A DNA stretch of 64,000 nucleotides from Octopus bimaculoides (GCF_001194135.2 NC_068981.1:66665195-66729194), one strand, 5' to 3'; numbered from the stretch's first letter, positions 35,640 to 49,129 are shown. Notes: generated from the sequence alone by a model not told the origin. Translations and numbers: made by a program.

Positions 35640-37600
35640 GTTATGGCATCACTGCAACAAAATATAATTAGTGAAATGAATCATATTAGACGTAACCCTC
35701 ATTATATCGTTGTTGATACAAGGTATTCAAAAGCAACAGTTTGCCATATTCTGGCTCAGCTTCAAATGTTCTTGGTTCATCTCTTGGTATCCTTAGTGAC
35801 GGCAAACATACTGATGTCTTTCTGGCTGGTTTAAAATAATCTATTGCAGTGAATTCGCCTACCAGCATCACCATGCTTGCAAAAAACCTTGATATGAGCC
35901 AGAAGGCACTAGCTAAAGATGTTGAAAATGATTTAGGCATGAAGTAACACATTAACAGGCATTGAAGCATTCTCATGGCATGCTCTAAAGCAGGGGTTCC
36001 CAACTTTATTTTGCTTGTGGATCCCCTGAGAGCTATCTTAGCATCTGTAAACCTCATATAATCACATGTAAATTTTTGAAATAAAATATTTGTTTGTAGG
36101 TTAGTAAAAACTTACAATGAAACAATTCCAAATACAAATCTTGAAAATTTCAATAAATATAGATACTTCTCCTAGTAAACAAAATTTATATATGGACCCA
36201 CAAATTACAATTTTTTACTGGTGGACCCCCTTAGAGCTTCTGTGGACCCCTGGAGGTCCATGTGGACACCGGTCGGGAACCCCTGTTCTAAAGCTATTTA
36301 TGTTGAGAGAGCCCTAAAGCTTCTCATTTACCTAAAGCATTTTACTCTTATCTTTTGCTTGTTTCNNNNNNNNNNNNNNNNNNNNNNNNNNNNNNNNNNN
36401 NNNNNNNNNNNNNNNNNNNNNNNNNNNNNNNNNNNNNNNNNNNNNNNNNNNNNNNNNNNNNNNNNNNNNNNNNNNNNNNNNNNNNNNNNNNNNNNNNNNN
36501 NNNNNNNNNNNNNNNNNNNNNNNNNNNNNNNNNNNNNNNNNNNNNNNNNNNNNNNNNNNNNNNNNNNNNNNNNNNNNNNNNNNNNNNNNNNNNNNNNNNN
36601 NNNNNNNNNNNNNNNNNNNNNNNNNNNNNNNNNNNNNNNNNNNNNNNNNNNNNNNNNNNNNNNNNNNNNNNNNNNNNNNNNNNNNNNNNNNNNNNNNNNN
36701 NNNNNNNNNNNNNNNNNNNNNNNNNNNNNNNNNNNNNNNNNNNNNNNNNNNNNNNNNNNNNNNNNNNNNNNNNNNNNNNNNNNNNNNNNNNNNNNNNNNN
36801 NNNNNNNNNNNNNNNNNNNNNNNNNNNNNNNNNNNNNNNNNNNNNNNNNNNNNNNNNNNNNNNNNNNNNNNNNNNNNNNNNNNNNNNNNNNNNNNNNNNN
36901 NNNNNNNNATATATATATATATATATACTGTGGACTTTCACACACTTTACATTTACTAAATCCACTCAGACGGCATTGGTTGGTCCAGGCCTTTAGACAG
37001 AAGACATTTGTCCAAAGTACCACACAGTAGGACTGAACCCAAACCATGTGTTTGCAAAATGAACTTCTAAGCCACACACCCATGCTTAAGGAAGGTGATA
37101 ATTTTCACCAACAAAAAGGAAGTCATACTGAACCAGGTTATCAGTTGTCATGATTCCTGTTGTCATGCAGCAGGAACTTTGCTTGTCATGCAAAGCAAGG
37201 GTCCAACCTCAGTGATGGTGTTTCAAGCCATTGCAACTGATGGACATGTAATGTCACCTCGTTTCATTGGAACAGATTTTAACATCAACATAGTTGTATA
37301 TTTGAACATCCTTGGTAAAGTTCTCATGCTGTAAATTATTAAACATGATCTGTACCAAACACATAGTCCATATGCAGGCTTATTTTAAGGTGGAATTCCT
37401 GTTTGTTCCCAAAGAAATGTAGGCTTTTCACTCACCAGAACAGATCTGAATCTGTGACATTTTAGAGGTGGTGTGTTATTAAGAGCACATCTACTGCAAC
37501 ACTTCATAGTACTGCTGCAGTCTATTCATTGTTAGGAAAGTATGCAGGGCTATCAGCATGCTTTCAAGTAAAGGGGATGTGTTAAATCTGCTTCCATATT
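35640..37600 (+). pseudogene. Tc1/mariner maT (DD37D, Bmmar1-like) transposase remnant, interrupted by hAT MITE, gap and SINE B
   Basis: IAVNSPTSITMLAKNLDMSQKALAKDVENDLGMK (HTH region) at ~35843-35945; IIFTNKK..SKGPTSVMVFQAIATDGHVMSPRF..INIVVYLNILGKVL at 37095-37334 resembles FSDEK..KHPASVMVWGxISSDGKVMPPHF..INAxVYLxVL. Confidence 0.7.
35991..36285. mobile_element. hAT (Charlie-like) MITE with 8-bp TSD
   Basis: TIRs caggggttcccaac / gtcgggaacccctg; TSD ctctaaag (35983-35990) and ttctaaag (36286-36293). Confidence 0.85.
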
Positions 37601-37757
37601 CAATCAATTTTAGCTGTTGATGACAAATAAGCATAGAAAGTTTCATGCTTCTAGCTTTTTATTTACCTTACCTACAAGCTTTGAAACATGACAACAAAAG
37701 TAGTTTAAATTTAACTGCTTGGCCCTGTGTATATATTTATATGTATATATATGTGTG

Positions 37758-37798
<41 letters not shown>

Positions 37799-37894
37799 TA
37801 CACACACATACATATATGTATACATAGATGTATATACTCACACTCATATACATACACATATATATATTTGTGTGCATATATATATATTGTGTGT

Positions 37895-37954
<60 letters not shown>

Positions 37955-39733
37955 TGTACACAGCTGGCACCTCTTGTGTTGGTATCAGGTGCATATAGTA
38001 AATAATTATATGCTAATATGTGTTGAATACCTTTTTCTCATTTGTGAAACATGTAATATATAAATATAAATAAATACATGCAAATTAACATATCATGTGT
38101 TCATTTTTTTTTAGATGCACATGCATAATATGTATTTTATTATTATATATATTTCTTCTGTTTTATGCACACAGATGTGCACGTATCTTTACAAAAAAAC
38201 ATATTTTACTCTTTTTCTGCCTAGAATGATTTTAGTTGAAATTTGTTGCTGCCATTTCATATTATGACATTATCGATCTTTCCTTCTTGTTATATTTTAT
38301 TTCTACTTTCACTTTCTACTCTAGACCATTTGGAAAAGAATTTAAGTTTAAATTCAAAAAATGGTTAAACATAATTAGTTGGATGATAGTAATGATAATG
38401 GTAATGATTATGATAATGTTGGTGATGATGATTACAATGATGATGATATTTTTTTACACATGGCTGCCATTTCAGAGAAGAATTCTTATTTTTTTTTGCT
38501 CAAAAGACACTTGGCTAACCTTGTATTGAATTTTAAATTAACAATTAACATAACAATTAGGCTTTAAAAAATAAGGCATGTGCTTGGGAATTTTTGTTTT
38601 TGATAATTTTTAATTTTATTTACAAGAAATTTAAATTTTTGTCATATATATACAAACATATATATATGTGTGTATGTATATACACACAAACACATGCTAT
38701 ATTTTAAATTTAATCTATTTTCTGTTTTTTAACTATAGAAAAATTTTTACTTGCAAAATAAATACGATTTCTTGCATGTTTTCGATTTTTAATTTGATTG
38801 GAAAGTCAAAACTTGTGATTTCTAAACTTTTTTTTAAATATACATTTTGGAACATTTTGTTGTTATTGTTGTGGTCATTATTTGTTGTTGTTTTTATTGT
38901 AATCTTTGTGTAAATTAACAAGTAAGACTTGTGTACCACACAGCAGTAAAAGCGATGTGGCTGAATGCATAAGGTACTGAACTGCCAACTTGATATATCA
39001 TCAGTTCAAACCTCCTATAGGCATAATGCTGCATATTTGGGTAGCATGCTTATCTCACCTAGCTATCAGGGGGATAAGTATCAGATTTGAATATGTTCTC
39101 TGTAATACACTAGTATCTTGTATAACAGAAGACTTTATTCTCATCTGTTTAATATTATGAAACTAGATAGAAGTATAGCTGGGTTCAGTCCCACTTTGTG
39201 GCAACTTGGGCAAGTGTCTTCTACAATAGCTTCAGACTCATCAAGGCTTTTGTGTGTGTGTGTTTGCATCTCTTGGCTTTGAAATAACATGATAGTCTGT
39301 CTCCATCTCACAAGTGGTATCATTCATTTCCAATCTTCTGTAAAAACATATCTGATCATGGGAGAAATATTACTTTGCTTGGAAACAGATGAAGGTTTGT
39401 GACAGAAGAACATCAAGTTGTAGAAAATCTCTCTGTTTGATCTTTACAAGCATGAAAAAATGGCCATTAAAACGATGATGATAATGAAACTGAAGGTAAA
39501 AACACATCCCTAAGAATTCCTGGGTGGATGCTCTTGGAAGCGTTCTTTCTGGTCAATGAAGGTAAAGACAGTATGTTTCATATGTTGCTGTTAACAAATT
39601 CTCAAATATACTTCTGCGAATGTCATCTAAGCCCACTGAACAGTTCTAAAAAATTAATTTAAGGCTTTAGAAACTACACACTAATGCCTGAGTGCCTTGA
39701 AAAGTGTTATTCAGAATTAATAAAACAAGTTAA

Positions 39734-39966
39734 CCTTTTTGTCACCACATTTTTGTTGAAATAAACAGCCTTTGTTTCAATAAATTTTAAAAATAACAAA
39801 GTATTTATTAGAATAACTTTATCATAATGAAGCTGGTATGTGAAACATAAATTAGCAAGAAATATTGACTGAAGGTTCTAATTTAGATCACTTTAAGATA
39901 TAGAGAAGACAGAGAGTTTATATTTTAGATCTAGGGATGGTCTCTTACAGGTTAGTATCAAAAAGG
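39734..39966. mobile_element. piggyBac-like MITE family 1
   Basis: ttaa|cctttttgtcacc..gtatcaaaaagg|ttaa; reverse homolog of 12132-12352. Confidence 0.75.
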
Positions 39967-40011
39967 TTAAGCAATTGTTTCTTTTTTAAATAATTTTTTC
40001 CTAAATTTTAA

Positions 40012-40231
40012 CCCTTTAGCATTTAAACTGGTCATATCCGGCCCAAATATTCTACCTGTTTTATGTTCATATTGGCTAGAACTGGCCTCTCACACCTCCC
40101 CTACAATGTCATTCCAAAAACAGATAATCACATCATTGAAGTCTCAGAGCTACGAGATAATGCAGGATTAATTCAAGAAGATTTGAATAAATAAACATTA
40201 TGTTTGATGAAGTAATCCGAATGTTAAAGGG
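40012..40231. mobile_element. piggyBac-like MITE family 2
   Basis: ttaa|ccctttagcatt..aatgttaaaggg|ttga. Confidence 0.8.
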
Positions 40232-40857
40232 TTGAAGCAGTCTTTTAAAAACTTCTGTGCAAAATGTAACTTTTAATTGATCTCCAATACACCATGAAGT
40301 AAAAAAAAACATTGTTCTAAGTAGTCCAGCTGGTGGTGAATAACCATAGATGTGGGTCTCTCAAATTCTTGCTTTTGGTAGGGTATTTATCATGAACTGG
40401 TGGAGAAGAAATCATTGAATTTTGCACTATCTGATTGAGTAACTATTTCAAGTTTTTCTAACAGGTTCATCTCCCATATCCTATTTTGTGACATGTCTCT
40501 AATGAGAAAGCTTTTTTATCTGCACTTTCTGATAATGACTGGTTACTATGGCAGAGCATTGAAAAGCTTTGCCCTATCTTCAAAGAAGAAGACCTGGATC
40601 AAATACACAAAACAAGATGAACTTCACTAAAGGTATTTGAGAGCAATGTGGTGGTGGTGTCAAGTGGTTGGCATTAGGAAGGGCATCCAATCATAGAAAC
40701 CATGGCAAAACAGATGACTGGAGCCTGTTGCAGTCCTCCAGCTTGCCAACTCCTATCAAGCCATCCAGCATAGAAAATGAATGTCATGATGGTGGTGGTA
40801 GTGATGGTAGTGGTGGTGGTGGTGATGGTCCAGCAGTAGCAGCAGCAACAGCAGCAT

Positions 40858-40916
<59 letters not shown>

Positions 40917-41629
40917 TATTGTTGACAGGATATGAACTGCCGGGCATTGCAACACTCACCAATTCCACAGCATTCCTACTACCTATTGCTGTCATTTATA
41001 CTGTCTGCAGTACTGACTTAAAGTTAAATGAATTCCGATGTCAAGAATCCTTTATATTGTTCATGTACACAACACGGTGCTGTTGACAGGATATGAACTA
41101 CTGTTTCGGGTTGTTATTCTGGCTCTTTGTTGCTATCTTAAACTATTTCTGTGGATATTCAATTTGGGTTGGACCCAACAAAGAAGCACTATTGAGTTAT
41201 ATAAACAAAGCCAATATCAAACAATGTAGACCAATTTAAACTTCATGTCTTTAAAAAAATTTTTTTTTATCTCCATTCTTTTTCACTGGCATTCTACCTT
41301 GCTCAAGATACAATATCACTCATCCGATAATACTGGATACGTTTTTACATATCGCATACACTAGACATGCAATATGTTTTGGTGTGAGCTTATGGTACTT
41401 AGTTCTTTATAGTTTCTCATTGAATGGGAAGACACAGATAAACTCTCCCCTCTACTCCCCCACCCCACCTCAGTGTAATTTGAACTCAGAATCTTTAAGT
41501 ATTGATTGAAATACAAAATGGAACTTAACTTTGTTTTTTGGCAACTTGTACATTTTCATTCTCTTTCTTTCTCTTTCTATTCTCTTTTTCCCCTCTGCCT
41601 GTCTGTCTCTCACACATGCATACACTATA

Positions 41630-41661
<32 letters not shown>

Positions 41662-42371
41662 TCATGGAAACATGTATATATAAGAATGAACATGGGCACA
41701 TACACACATGAGCACACACACAAGCATGCACATGCACATGAGCTTGCACACATACATGCCAACACATTCTATTAGAAACCAATGATATTTTCCTATTTAA
41801 GTATCAAAGTATTTTATATGCATGCATGCATACATATATACATTCTATANNNNNNNNNNATATATATATATATATACATACACACACATACATACATACA
41901 GGTATATATGTAAATGTAGGTGTATGTGTGTATATATACATATATAAATATATACATATATATGCATTCATAATGTATGTATGCATGTGTGTTTTTACAC
42001 AGACACACACACATACATGCAGATATGCATATATACACATGTATACACACATACTTTCTGGGACTTCAAATGTCTGTGTGTCTTTGTTTGCAAATGTACA
42101 CATTTACATCCACATTAAAATGCAGGGCAACTTTTTCTTTCTTTTTCTTCCTTCTTTGATCCCCCCCCCATCCTTTGTCCCCCCCATCCTACCCCCTCCT
42201 CTGTTAATGGGTGATGATTTGAAGAATGATTCTAAATCTGATGCAGTTTTGTGATTAGAATGTTTTTTGATCTTTCCTTACTTTACCTCTGCTACTTGCC
42301 CTCATTGTGCTTCTATTGCTCATATTGATTTTAGTTTTTCTCACAGTGATTGTATCCAGAATTGAAGATTA

Positions 42372-42605
42372 GTTTTACTCTTCTCTCCTCCTCTCTCCAT
42401 CTTCTCTCCTCCTCTCTCCATCTTCTCTCCTCCTCTCTCCATCTTCTCTCCTCCTCTCTCCATCTTCTCTCCTCCTCTCTCCATCTTCTCTCCTNNNNNN
42501 NNNNCTCTTCTCTCCTCCTCTCTCCATCTTCTCTCCTCCTCTCTCCATCTTCTCTCCTCCTCTCTCCATCTTCTCTCCTCCTCTCTCCATCTTCTCTCCT
42601 TCTTC
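42372..42605. repeat. 21-bp minisatellite (tcttctctcctcctctctcca)n with 10-N gap
   Basis: About 11 head-to-tail copies, no spacers. Confidence 0.9.
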
Positions 42606-43491
42606 CTCACTCTGTCCTCTTTACTATTTTTTTTTACATATGTATGTATTATATATTTATTTTATTTTTCAACGCAATTCTTTTTCTCACCTCTCTCTCT
42701 TACTCTCAAAGGAATGTTTAGTAATAATATGTTGGCATATTATTATCAATTACAGTAACAGCTGTAAGGTGTCTTTGAACTTAATAGCCTTTAAATAGCA
42801 GTAGAGGAGTTGGTCTTATTTGCTTCCGTCTGATTCATTTGTCTGTCTTGGCCTGTTGTTGTGCTTGCTTTGCTTTCGTTCTGTCCACCTTCGCCATTCT
42901 CAGAAGTTTGGTTACATTCACTGTGATTGCGAACGAAATTGAGGTGTTATGTCTAAATAAAATGAAATGAAATAAAATAAACTAATTGGTTTGAATTAGT
43001 CTAGTTCTATTTGTCTGTTTGACACTTTAAATGATGACTGTGCAATTTGTGTACTCTCTCTCTCTCTCTCTCTCTCGCACGCACACACACACACACACAT
43101 TACTCTTACTCACATATACATACACATACACACACATACACACATTATCACCTCTCCTTTCTGATACAGGCAAACACAAAATACACATACCCACTAAAAC
43201 AGCAGTGGAATTGGTTGCTGCACATGGCCCAAATTCTGTGATGAATTGCCAAGTACGCACCAATTCTATTAAAAGCTGAGTATTGAGACAATTTTCACAC
43301 TTCTTCAGTTCATAATGCTTTATTTCTTTCACAAGTCACTGGAAAAGTTTTCAGCTATATGGAAACAGATTGCATGGGGAAACAAATGTAGCATTACAAT
43401 ACACCTTTGCCTTTCCTCCTTGCCCATAAAATGAGGTGTTTCATTATAATCCCATAAGGGAGGTTCTCTGCAGCAGCCAAATTTCCTTTAA

Positions 43492-43750
43492 CCCTTTAGC
43501 ATTTAAACCAGTCATATCTGGCCCAAATATTCTACTTGTTTTATGCTCAAACTGACCAGATCCATCCTCTCACACTTCCTCTACAATGTCATTTTTAAAA
43601 TATACAGTCACATCATTGAAATCTCAAAGCTATGAGATAATGAATAATTTATTCAAAACAATGTGATTAAATAAACATTACATTTGACAGAGTTAATCTG
43701 AATGCTGAAATAAGGAATTCATTTGATAGAGAAATCTGAATGCTAAAGGG
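43492..43750. mobile_element. piggyBac-like MITE family 2 with duplicated right subterminal segment
   Basis: ttaa|ccctttagcatt..aatgctaaaggg|tcaa; atttga.agag..aatctgaatgct occurs twice. Confidence 0.8.
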
Positions 43751-44712
43751 TCAAATCACAACCTACTGTCTTAAGAAAGGACACTTTGGATAACGTGGTA
43801 TTGGATTCTCTGAATATATTAAAGTCTACTCTCTCAGGTTTGACCTATGGCTAAACAACTGCAATAATTGGTTCAAATCCAGTCAGTGAGCCTGTAAATT
43901 ATTCTTGTGTCAAATTACTGCTTATACAGTCTAATAACATTTTGTAAATACTTGCATACATATATATACACATGCATGGCTACATACATACATACATGCA
44001 AACCTGAAATATACATATTAAATGACTTCTAACTATCACTATTTGGTTTGACTTCTTTATTACATTTGGTTTGATTTCATTGTATGATTCAATATCAGCA
44101 CAAACTAGCTGGACCTAACTCCACTTATATGGATACTCTAACAAAGATTTCTCGTAGTTTGTTATATTTGACTTGGGTTGAAAATCCTGGTAGCATGCAC
44201 CACTTTTTAATGTAACATGGAAGATATATATATATATATNNNNNNNNNNNNNNNNNNNNNNNNNNNNNNNNNNNNNNNNNNNNNNNNNNNNNNNNNNNNN
44301 NNNNNNNNNNNNNNNNNNNNNNNNNNNNNNNNNNNNNNNNNNNNNNNNNNNNNNNNNNNNNNNNNNNNNNNNNNNNNNNNNNNNNNNNNNNNNNNNNNNN
44401 NNNNNNNNNNNNNNNNNNNNNNNNNNNNNNNNNNNNNNNNNNNNNNNNNNNNNNNNNNNNNNNNNNNNNNNNNNNNNNNNNNNNNNNNNNNNNNNNNNNN
44501 NNNNNNNNNNNNNNNNNNNNNNNNNNNNNNNNNNNNNNNNNNNNNNNNNNNNNNNNNNNNNNNNNNNNNNNNNNNNNNNNNNNNNNNNNNNNNNNNNNNN
44601 NNNNNNNNNNNNNNNNNNNNNNNNNNNNNNNNNNNNNNNNNNNNNNNNNNNNNNNNNNNNNNNNNNNNNNNNNNNNNNNNNNNNNNNNNNNNNNNNNNNN
44701 NNNNNNNNNNNN

Positions 44713-44752
<40 letters not shown>

Positions 44753-44827
44753 CTTAATAATTAAGGATAAAATCTTAAGATTTTATGAAGTAATGAGCAT
44801 GTATAAGTAATTTTTAATACGAGTACA

Positions 44828-44867
<40 letters not shown>

Positions 44868-44870
44868 TTT

Positions 44871-44921
44871 TAAGGGCTCTTTTGAGTAGGATCACATGTG
44901 GTCCTACTTGGAGAGCCCTTA
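44871..44921. repeat. 51-bp near-perfect palindrome (possible miniature MITE)
   Basis: taagggctcttttgagtaggatcaca|tgtggtcctacttggagagccctta. Confidence 0.8.
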
Positions 44922-45330
44922 TTATTATAATCATATATATATATATATATGTATATATATAATTATGATACATTGCTAAGTTAAGATTCACTCGTTTTTT
45001 TCTATCTTTTGTACATTCATTCGCCATTAACACTTTAAATGTATTACTTACTAACAGCTAGTTTTCATAAGCTAACCATTTAAACTGTCCCCTCAAAATA
45101 TAATTTTATCTCTCATGTAATTTCATTAAGATAATTACTCATTTCTCGACCTGTTTAAATTCATTATTATTACCATTATTTTCGTCCCTCGTACCATGTC
45201 CCCGAACTAAACTTTGTTTGTGGTGCGTCCTCTCTCTCCCGCCCCACCACTAATACTGGATAACTGTTTTTCCACCATCTACACCGGATATCTCTCTCCT
45301 CCCACCACCATTACCTGACGAATAGTTAAT

Positions 45331-45552
45331 AAGGGCTGTACAGGCCCTATAGAGAGATGCTGTTAGTAGGGTTTGGAAATGAGTATAGTGAAGACTTCTG
45401 GGTAGAAGTAGGGGTCCACCACATATCAGCCCTCAGCCCCCTCTTTATTCATCATAGTCCTCCAGGCAATAACAGAGGAATTCAAGACAGGTTGCCCCTG
45501 GGAGCTCCTCTATGCTGATGACCTGGCCCTCATAGCAGAATCACTACAGAAT
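45331..45552 (+). pseudogene. RTE-clade LINE reverse transcriptase fragment containing YADD
   Basis: Reads (one stop, small frameshifts) RAVQAL*RDAVS..GNEYSEDFWVEVGVHHISALSP..FIIVLQAITEEFKTGCPWELLYADDLALIAES; tatgctgatgac at 45511-45522. Confidence 0.9.
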
Positions 45553-46470
45553 TCAGGCAACAGCTACTGAAGGGAGATTGGTATCCTCCTTTACTTTCTT
45601 CTTCAAGTGTCTGTAATTGAGATGTGTTTTAACATGTCTTGGCCAGAATCTCTTTGTACTCCATTAGCTTTGGTAGGTTCTCAATGTTCTCATGTTGTGT
45701 TTTTGAGAATGACATCAATGTAGTTGAATAGTCTTCATCATCTGTTAAGGTACCAAAGTCTCCTATGACATCTGATATAGCCTGGTGTTCCACACAATAA
45801 CTATGGCCAACAGAATTTACCCTGCATTGCTATTGTTGCACAAGATTTTGCCAAAAATTAATATTTATTTACTAATTTTAAAGTTTCATGACATACTGCT
45901 ATATGTTTCTGTCTACCAGTGTTATAACACACACACACACGCACACACACACACAAACAAATCTGCTTCATGTCTGTGAAGCAGAATTATTATCAACGTT
46001 GTTGTTCAACTCCAGGTAGAACCTGATTATGCAAATCTGTCATTAAAGGAGTTCCATTTGCAACTGCCAGGTTCCCCTCTCCCCTACTATACATATAATA
46101 TCAAAAGCTCTATTATTTAATACACCCCTTCTTTTTTTTAAGAATGCAAAAATAGTTTGAGTGGGACTGGGCTGCTATTCCTAGCACGAATATTTCTGCT
46201 CAAATTGAGTTGAGTTATGTGTTGCTGTAAAATTTTTGAATTTATGACTAAACAGCATCTGCACTATATATCATTCATTATAATAATAATAATAAGGAAG
46301 CAAAAAATATGGGAATGGAGGAATCATCCCTAGAATTGAAGGTTAGTAGTGATGGCTTGTGTTAGCAAAATCGATGACGAAAACAAAACCCACTTAATCA
46401 AATTCATAAAATGAAATAAGGTCCTGCCTGTCAGAACTCACCTGTCATCATCCAGATATCTATATCTATA

Positions 46471-46547
<77 letters not shown>

Positions 46548-46980
46548 TTTTCATCTCTCTCACACTGCAAATACTACACGGAATATTTGAATTGAATTGA
46601 GATTCCTCTTGTATCATGAGTCATGATGTTAACCTTACCATTCTGATATCAATTTGCTTTAGACTTCTGCCCCTGAAGTGATTATATTTGAAAAATAATT
46701 TCAACCTTTCTGTCATAATTTTATGTAAGAACAATTTTTTTTTATTGAGTTCTGTTTTAAACTGTCAACTTAATGCTAGAGGAGTTTGCTATTTTATTAA
46801 ATCCCTCAGTATCATGATAATAAAAACAAGAAATAGAAAAAGAAAAAATCTTAATTGAAACATATAGACAGTGTATTTTATTAGGAATATGCTCGCAGAA
46901 GGGTTAAAAAAAGGTATGCCTGATCTATTGCAGTTAGCTAGAGGATTTCATTCTTGTTTCCTCTCTCTTCTATTACCTCT

Positions 46981-47325
46981 TGTGAATGTGCATGGCTCAG
47001 TGGTTAGAGCATCAGGCTCACAATCATGAGGTCGTGAGTTTGATTCTTGGTCTGGGCTCTGTGTTGTGTTCTTGAGCAAGACACTTTATTAAATGTTGCC
47101 CCAGTTTACTCAGCTGTAGAAATGAGTTGCAACATCATTGGTGCCAAGCTGTATTGGCCTTTGCTTTTCCCTTGGATATAACACTGGTGGCGTGGAGAGG
47201 AGGAGGCTGGTATGCATAGGCGACTACTGGTCTTCCATAAACAACCTAAACCTGGACTTGTGCCTCAGGGGGGAACTTTCTAGGTGCAACCCCATGGTCA
47301 TTCATGACCAAAGGGGGGGGGTCTT
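46981..47325 (+). mobile_element. SINE family C, full length, 10-bp TSD
   Basis: Same head and tail as 1160-1504; TSD tattacctct at 46971-46980 and 47326-47335. Confidence 0.85.
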
Positions 47326-47659
47326 TATTACCTCTCACTCTATCTCTGTTTTTCTCTCATTCATTTACTCAGCTTGTCTTAAATAAATAAATAAGACAAA
47401 TTATAAAAATATCTGACATTTTAGCGAGAGTTTAGCTTTCCAAACAATTAAGCAGCTGTGAGATAAAATCTCTCCATGGATAGGTTGCTAATTTATTTGC
47501 CAGTAACACTCCCAGGTTTCATAGTACTTCTCAACAGTGTGGCAAACAAAAATAGTGCCAGAATTAAATGTACTGCCCAAATACCCTATAAGATGATTGG
47601 AACTCAGAATCTATAAGACCTATAAGATGTTTGTCCAATCTTATATCCACATAGCCACT

Positions 47660-48409
47660 TCATTTCTATTATGCCTTTCTCTCTTTCCCCCTACTCTCTC
47701 CCTCTTACTCTCTCCCCCCTACTCTCTCCCTCTTACTCTCTCCCCCCTACTCTCTCCCCCTACTCTCTCCCCCCTACTCTCTCCCCCNNNNNNNNNNNNN
47801 NNNNNNNNNNNNNNNNNNNNNNNNNNNNNNNNNNNNNNNNNNNNNNNNNNNNNNNNNNNNNNNNNNNNNNNNNNNNNNNNNNNNNNNNNNNNNNNNNNNN
47901 NNCTACTCCCCTACCCCCCACTCTCATTGTATAAATTTATCTATACCTTTTTCCCTCTTCAATCTCTGACAGGTTCTCATTACAACGAACATCTCTGTTC
48001 ATTGTTCTCTCCTTTCTCTCTATTTCTCTGTAGTCCTTGCTCTCCTGCATCATTCTCCTCTGTACAAGTACCTCTTAATTTGTTGCACATCTCACCCTCT
48101 CAGCATTTAATTATGTGTATCATTCTTTATCTCTCATCTATTATTTCTTCTTACCATTTCTCTCTCTCTCTCTCTCTCTCTCTATTTTCTTCTTATTTCT
48201 CTCTCTACATCTTTCACTACACCTCATTATACTTTTCTGTAAATCACTTTCTCTCTCACTCATCCATCATTTCTCCTTATCAGTCTTTTGTTTCTTGTCT
48301 CTCTCTTGTCTCTCTCTCCAGCTTTTCCCATCTTGATTTTTCAACTCCTCCTTTTCCTCCTCTGTACATCTAATACTTTTCTTTACTACCTCCTACCACT
48401 GTCTTTCAT

Positions 48410-48457
<48 letters not shown>

Positions 48458-48660
48458 GTTTTCTCATTATGGCTCCTGTTCTCTCCCTCTCTCTTCTGTC
48501 TCTACGTTGTTTGCTCTCTTCCTTTTCTTTCCATGTCTTATACTTTCACTCTTATCACTCACTCTGTCTTTTTACCTGTCTGATCCTCTCTTTCTCTTAC
48601 TACTAACCTATGCCTACCTTCTTCCTTTCTTCTGTCTATTTTCTTCTAATCTGTCCATCC
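47660..48660. repeat. CT-rich minisatellite (ctactctctccccc-type), gap and (CT)n low complexity
   Basis: Direct inspection. Confidence 0.85.
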
Positions 48661-49129
48661 ATGGTTCTGTTTTACCTGTCTATGTAGTTATATCTTAATG
48701 GTAGGACCTCACTGTTATGATATAGAATGTTAATAAACTTTGATTAACCGACATTATCCATGTGATTAGTTGACAAAAACTCCCTTTAGTGGTGTTCAAA
48801 ATGATTCCAGCAGTATCAATTGATCAAAATGTTTGGAAAATAAAGATGATGCTGATGGGAAATTCATGTCATTACATTCCCTTTATCTATGTATATACTG
48901 AGTCTAACCAACTGAACTGAATATGCTTAGCTGAGGAGATCTAATGAGACTGAAACAATATTGGTTTGTCAATTATTATCATATTTCACTCATTTGTTGT
49001 TCGTTTTATGTCTTTTTTTTTCTTCAATGCTGGCATGACTTTGGGTGAGGTGTTTTTTGAGGCAAGATTTTACAGCTCTACCTGAAGACCATCATGTATA
49101 TCCTCCTCTTCTACCTTCTCCTCCTCATT

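Noticed and set aside
42372-42605. CRISPR-like array (also 1737-1789)
   Set aside because: Head-to-tail repeats with no unique spacers, eukaryotic context, no cas genes.
43191-43330. Possible minus-strand exon with GTATGT donor
   Set aside because: The donor lies in a CA/TA-rich tract, no frame gives a recognisable protein, and the + strand nearby (LSQVTGKVF) looks like an old RT remnant.
45315-45330. CTGACGA after PLE-end-like sequence
   Set aside because: Half core only; sequence switches to an RTE fragment before any GAAA box.
46437-46465. Perfect CAG|GTGAGT donor on the minus strand suggesting a microexon
   Set aside because: One such 9-mer is unremarkable in 128 kb of both strands; the upstream sequence is a TA microsatellite.
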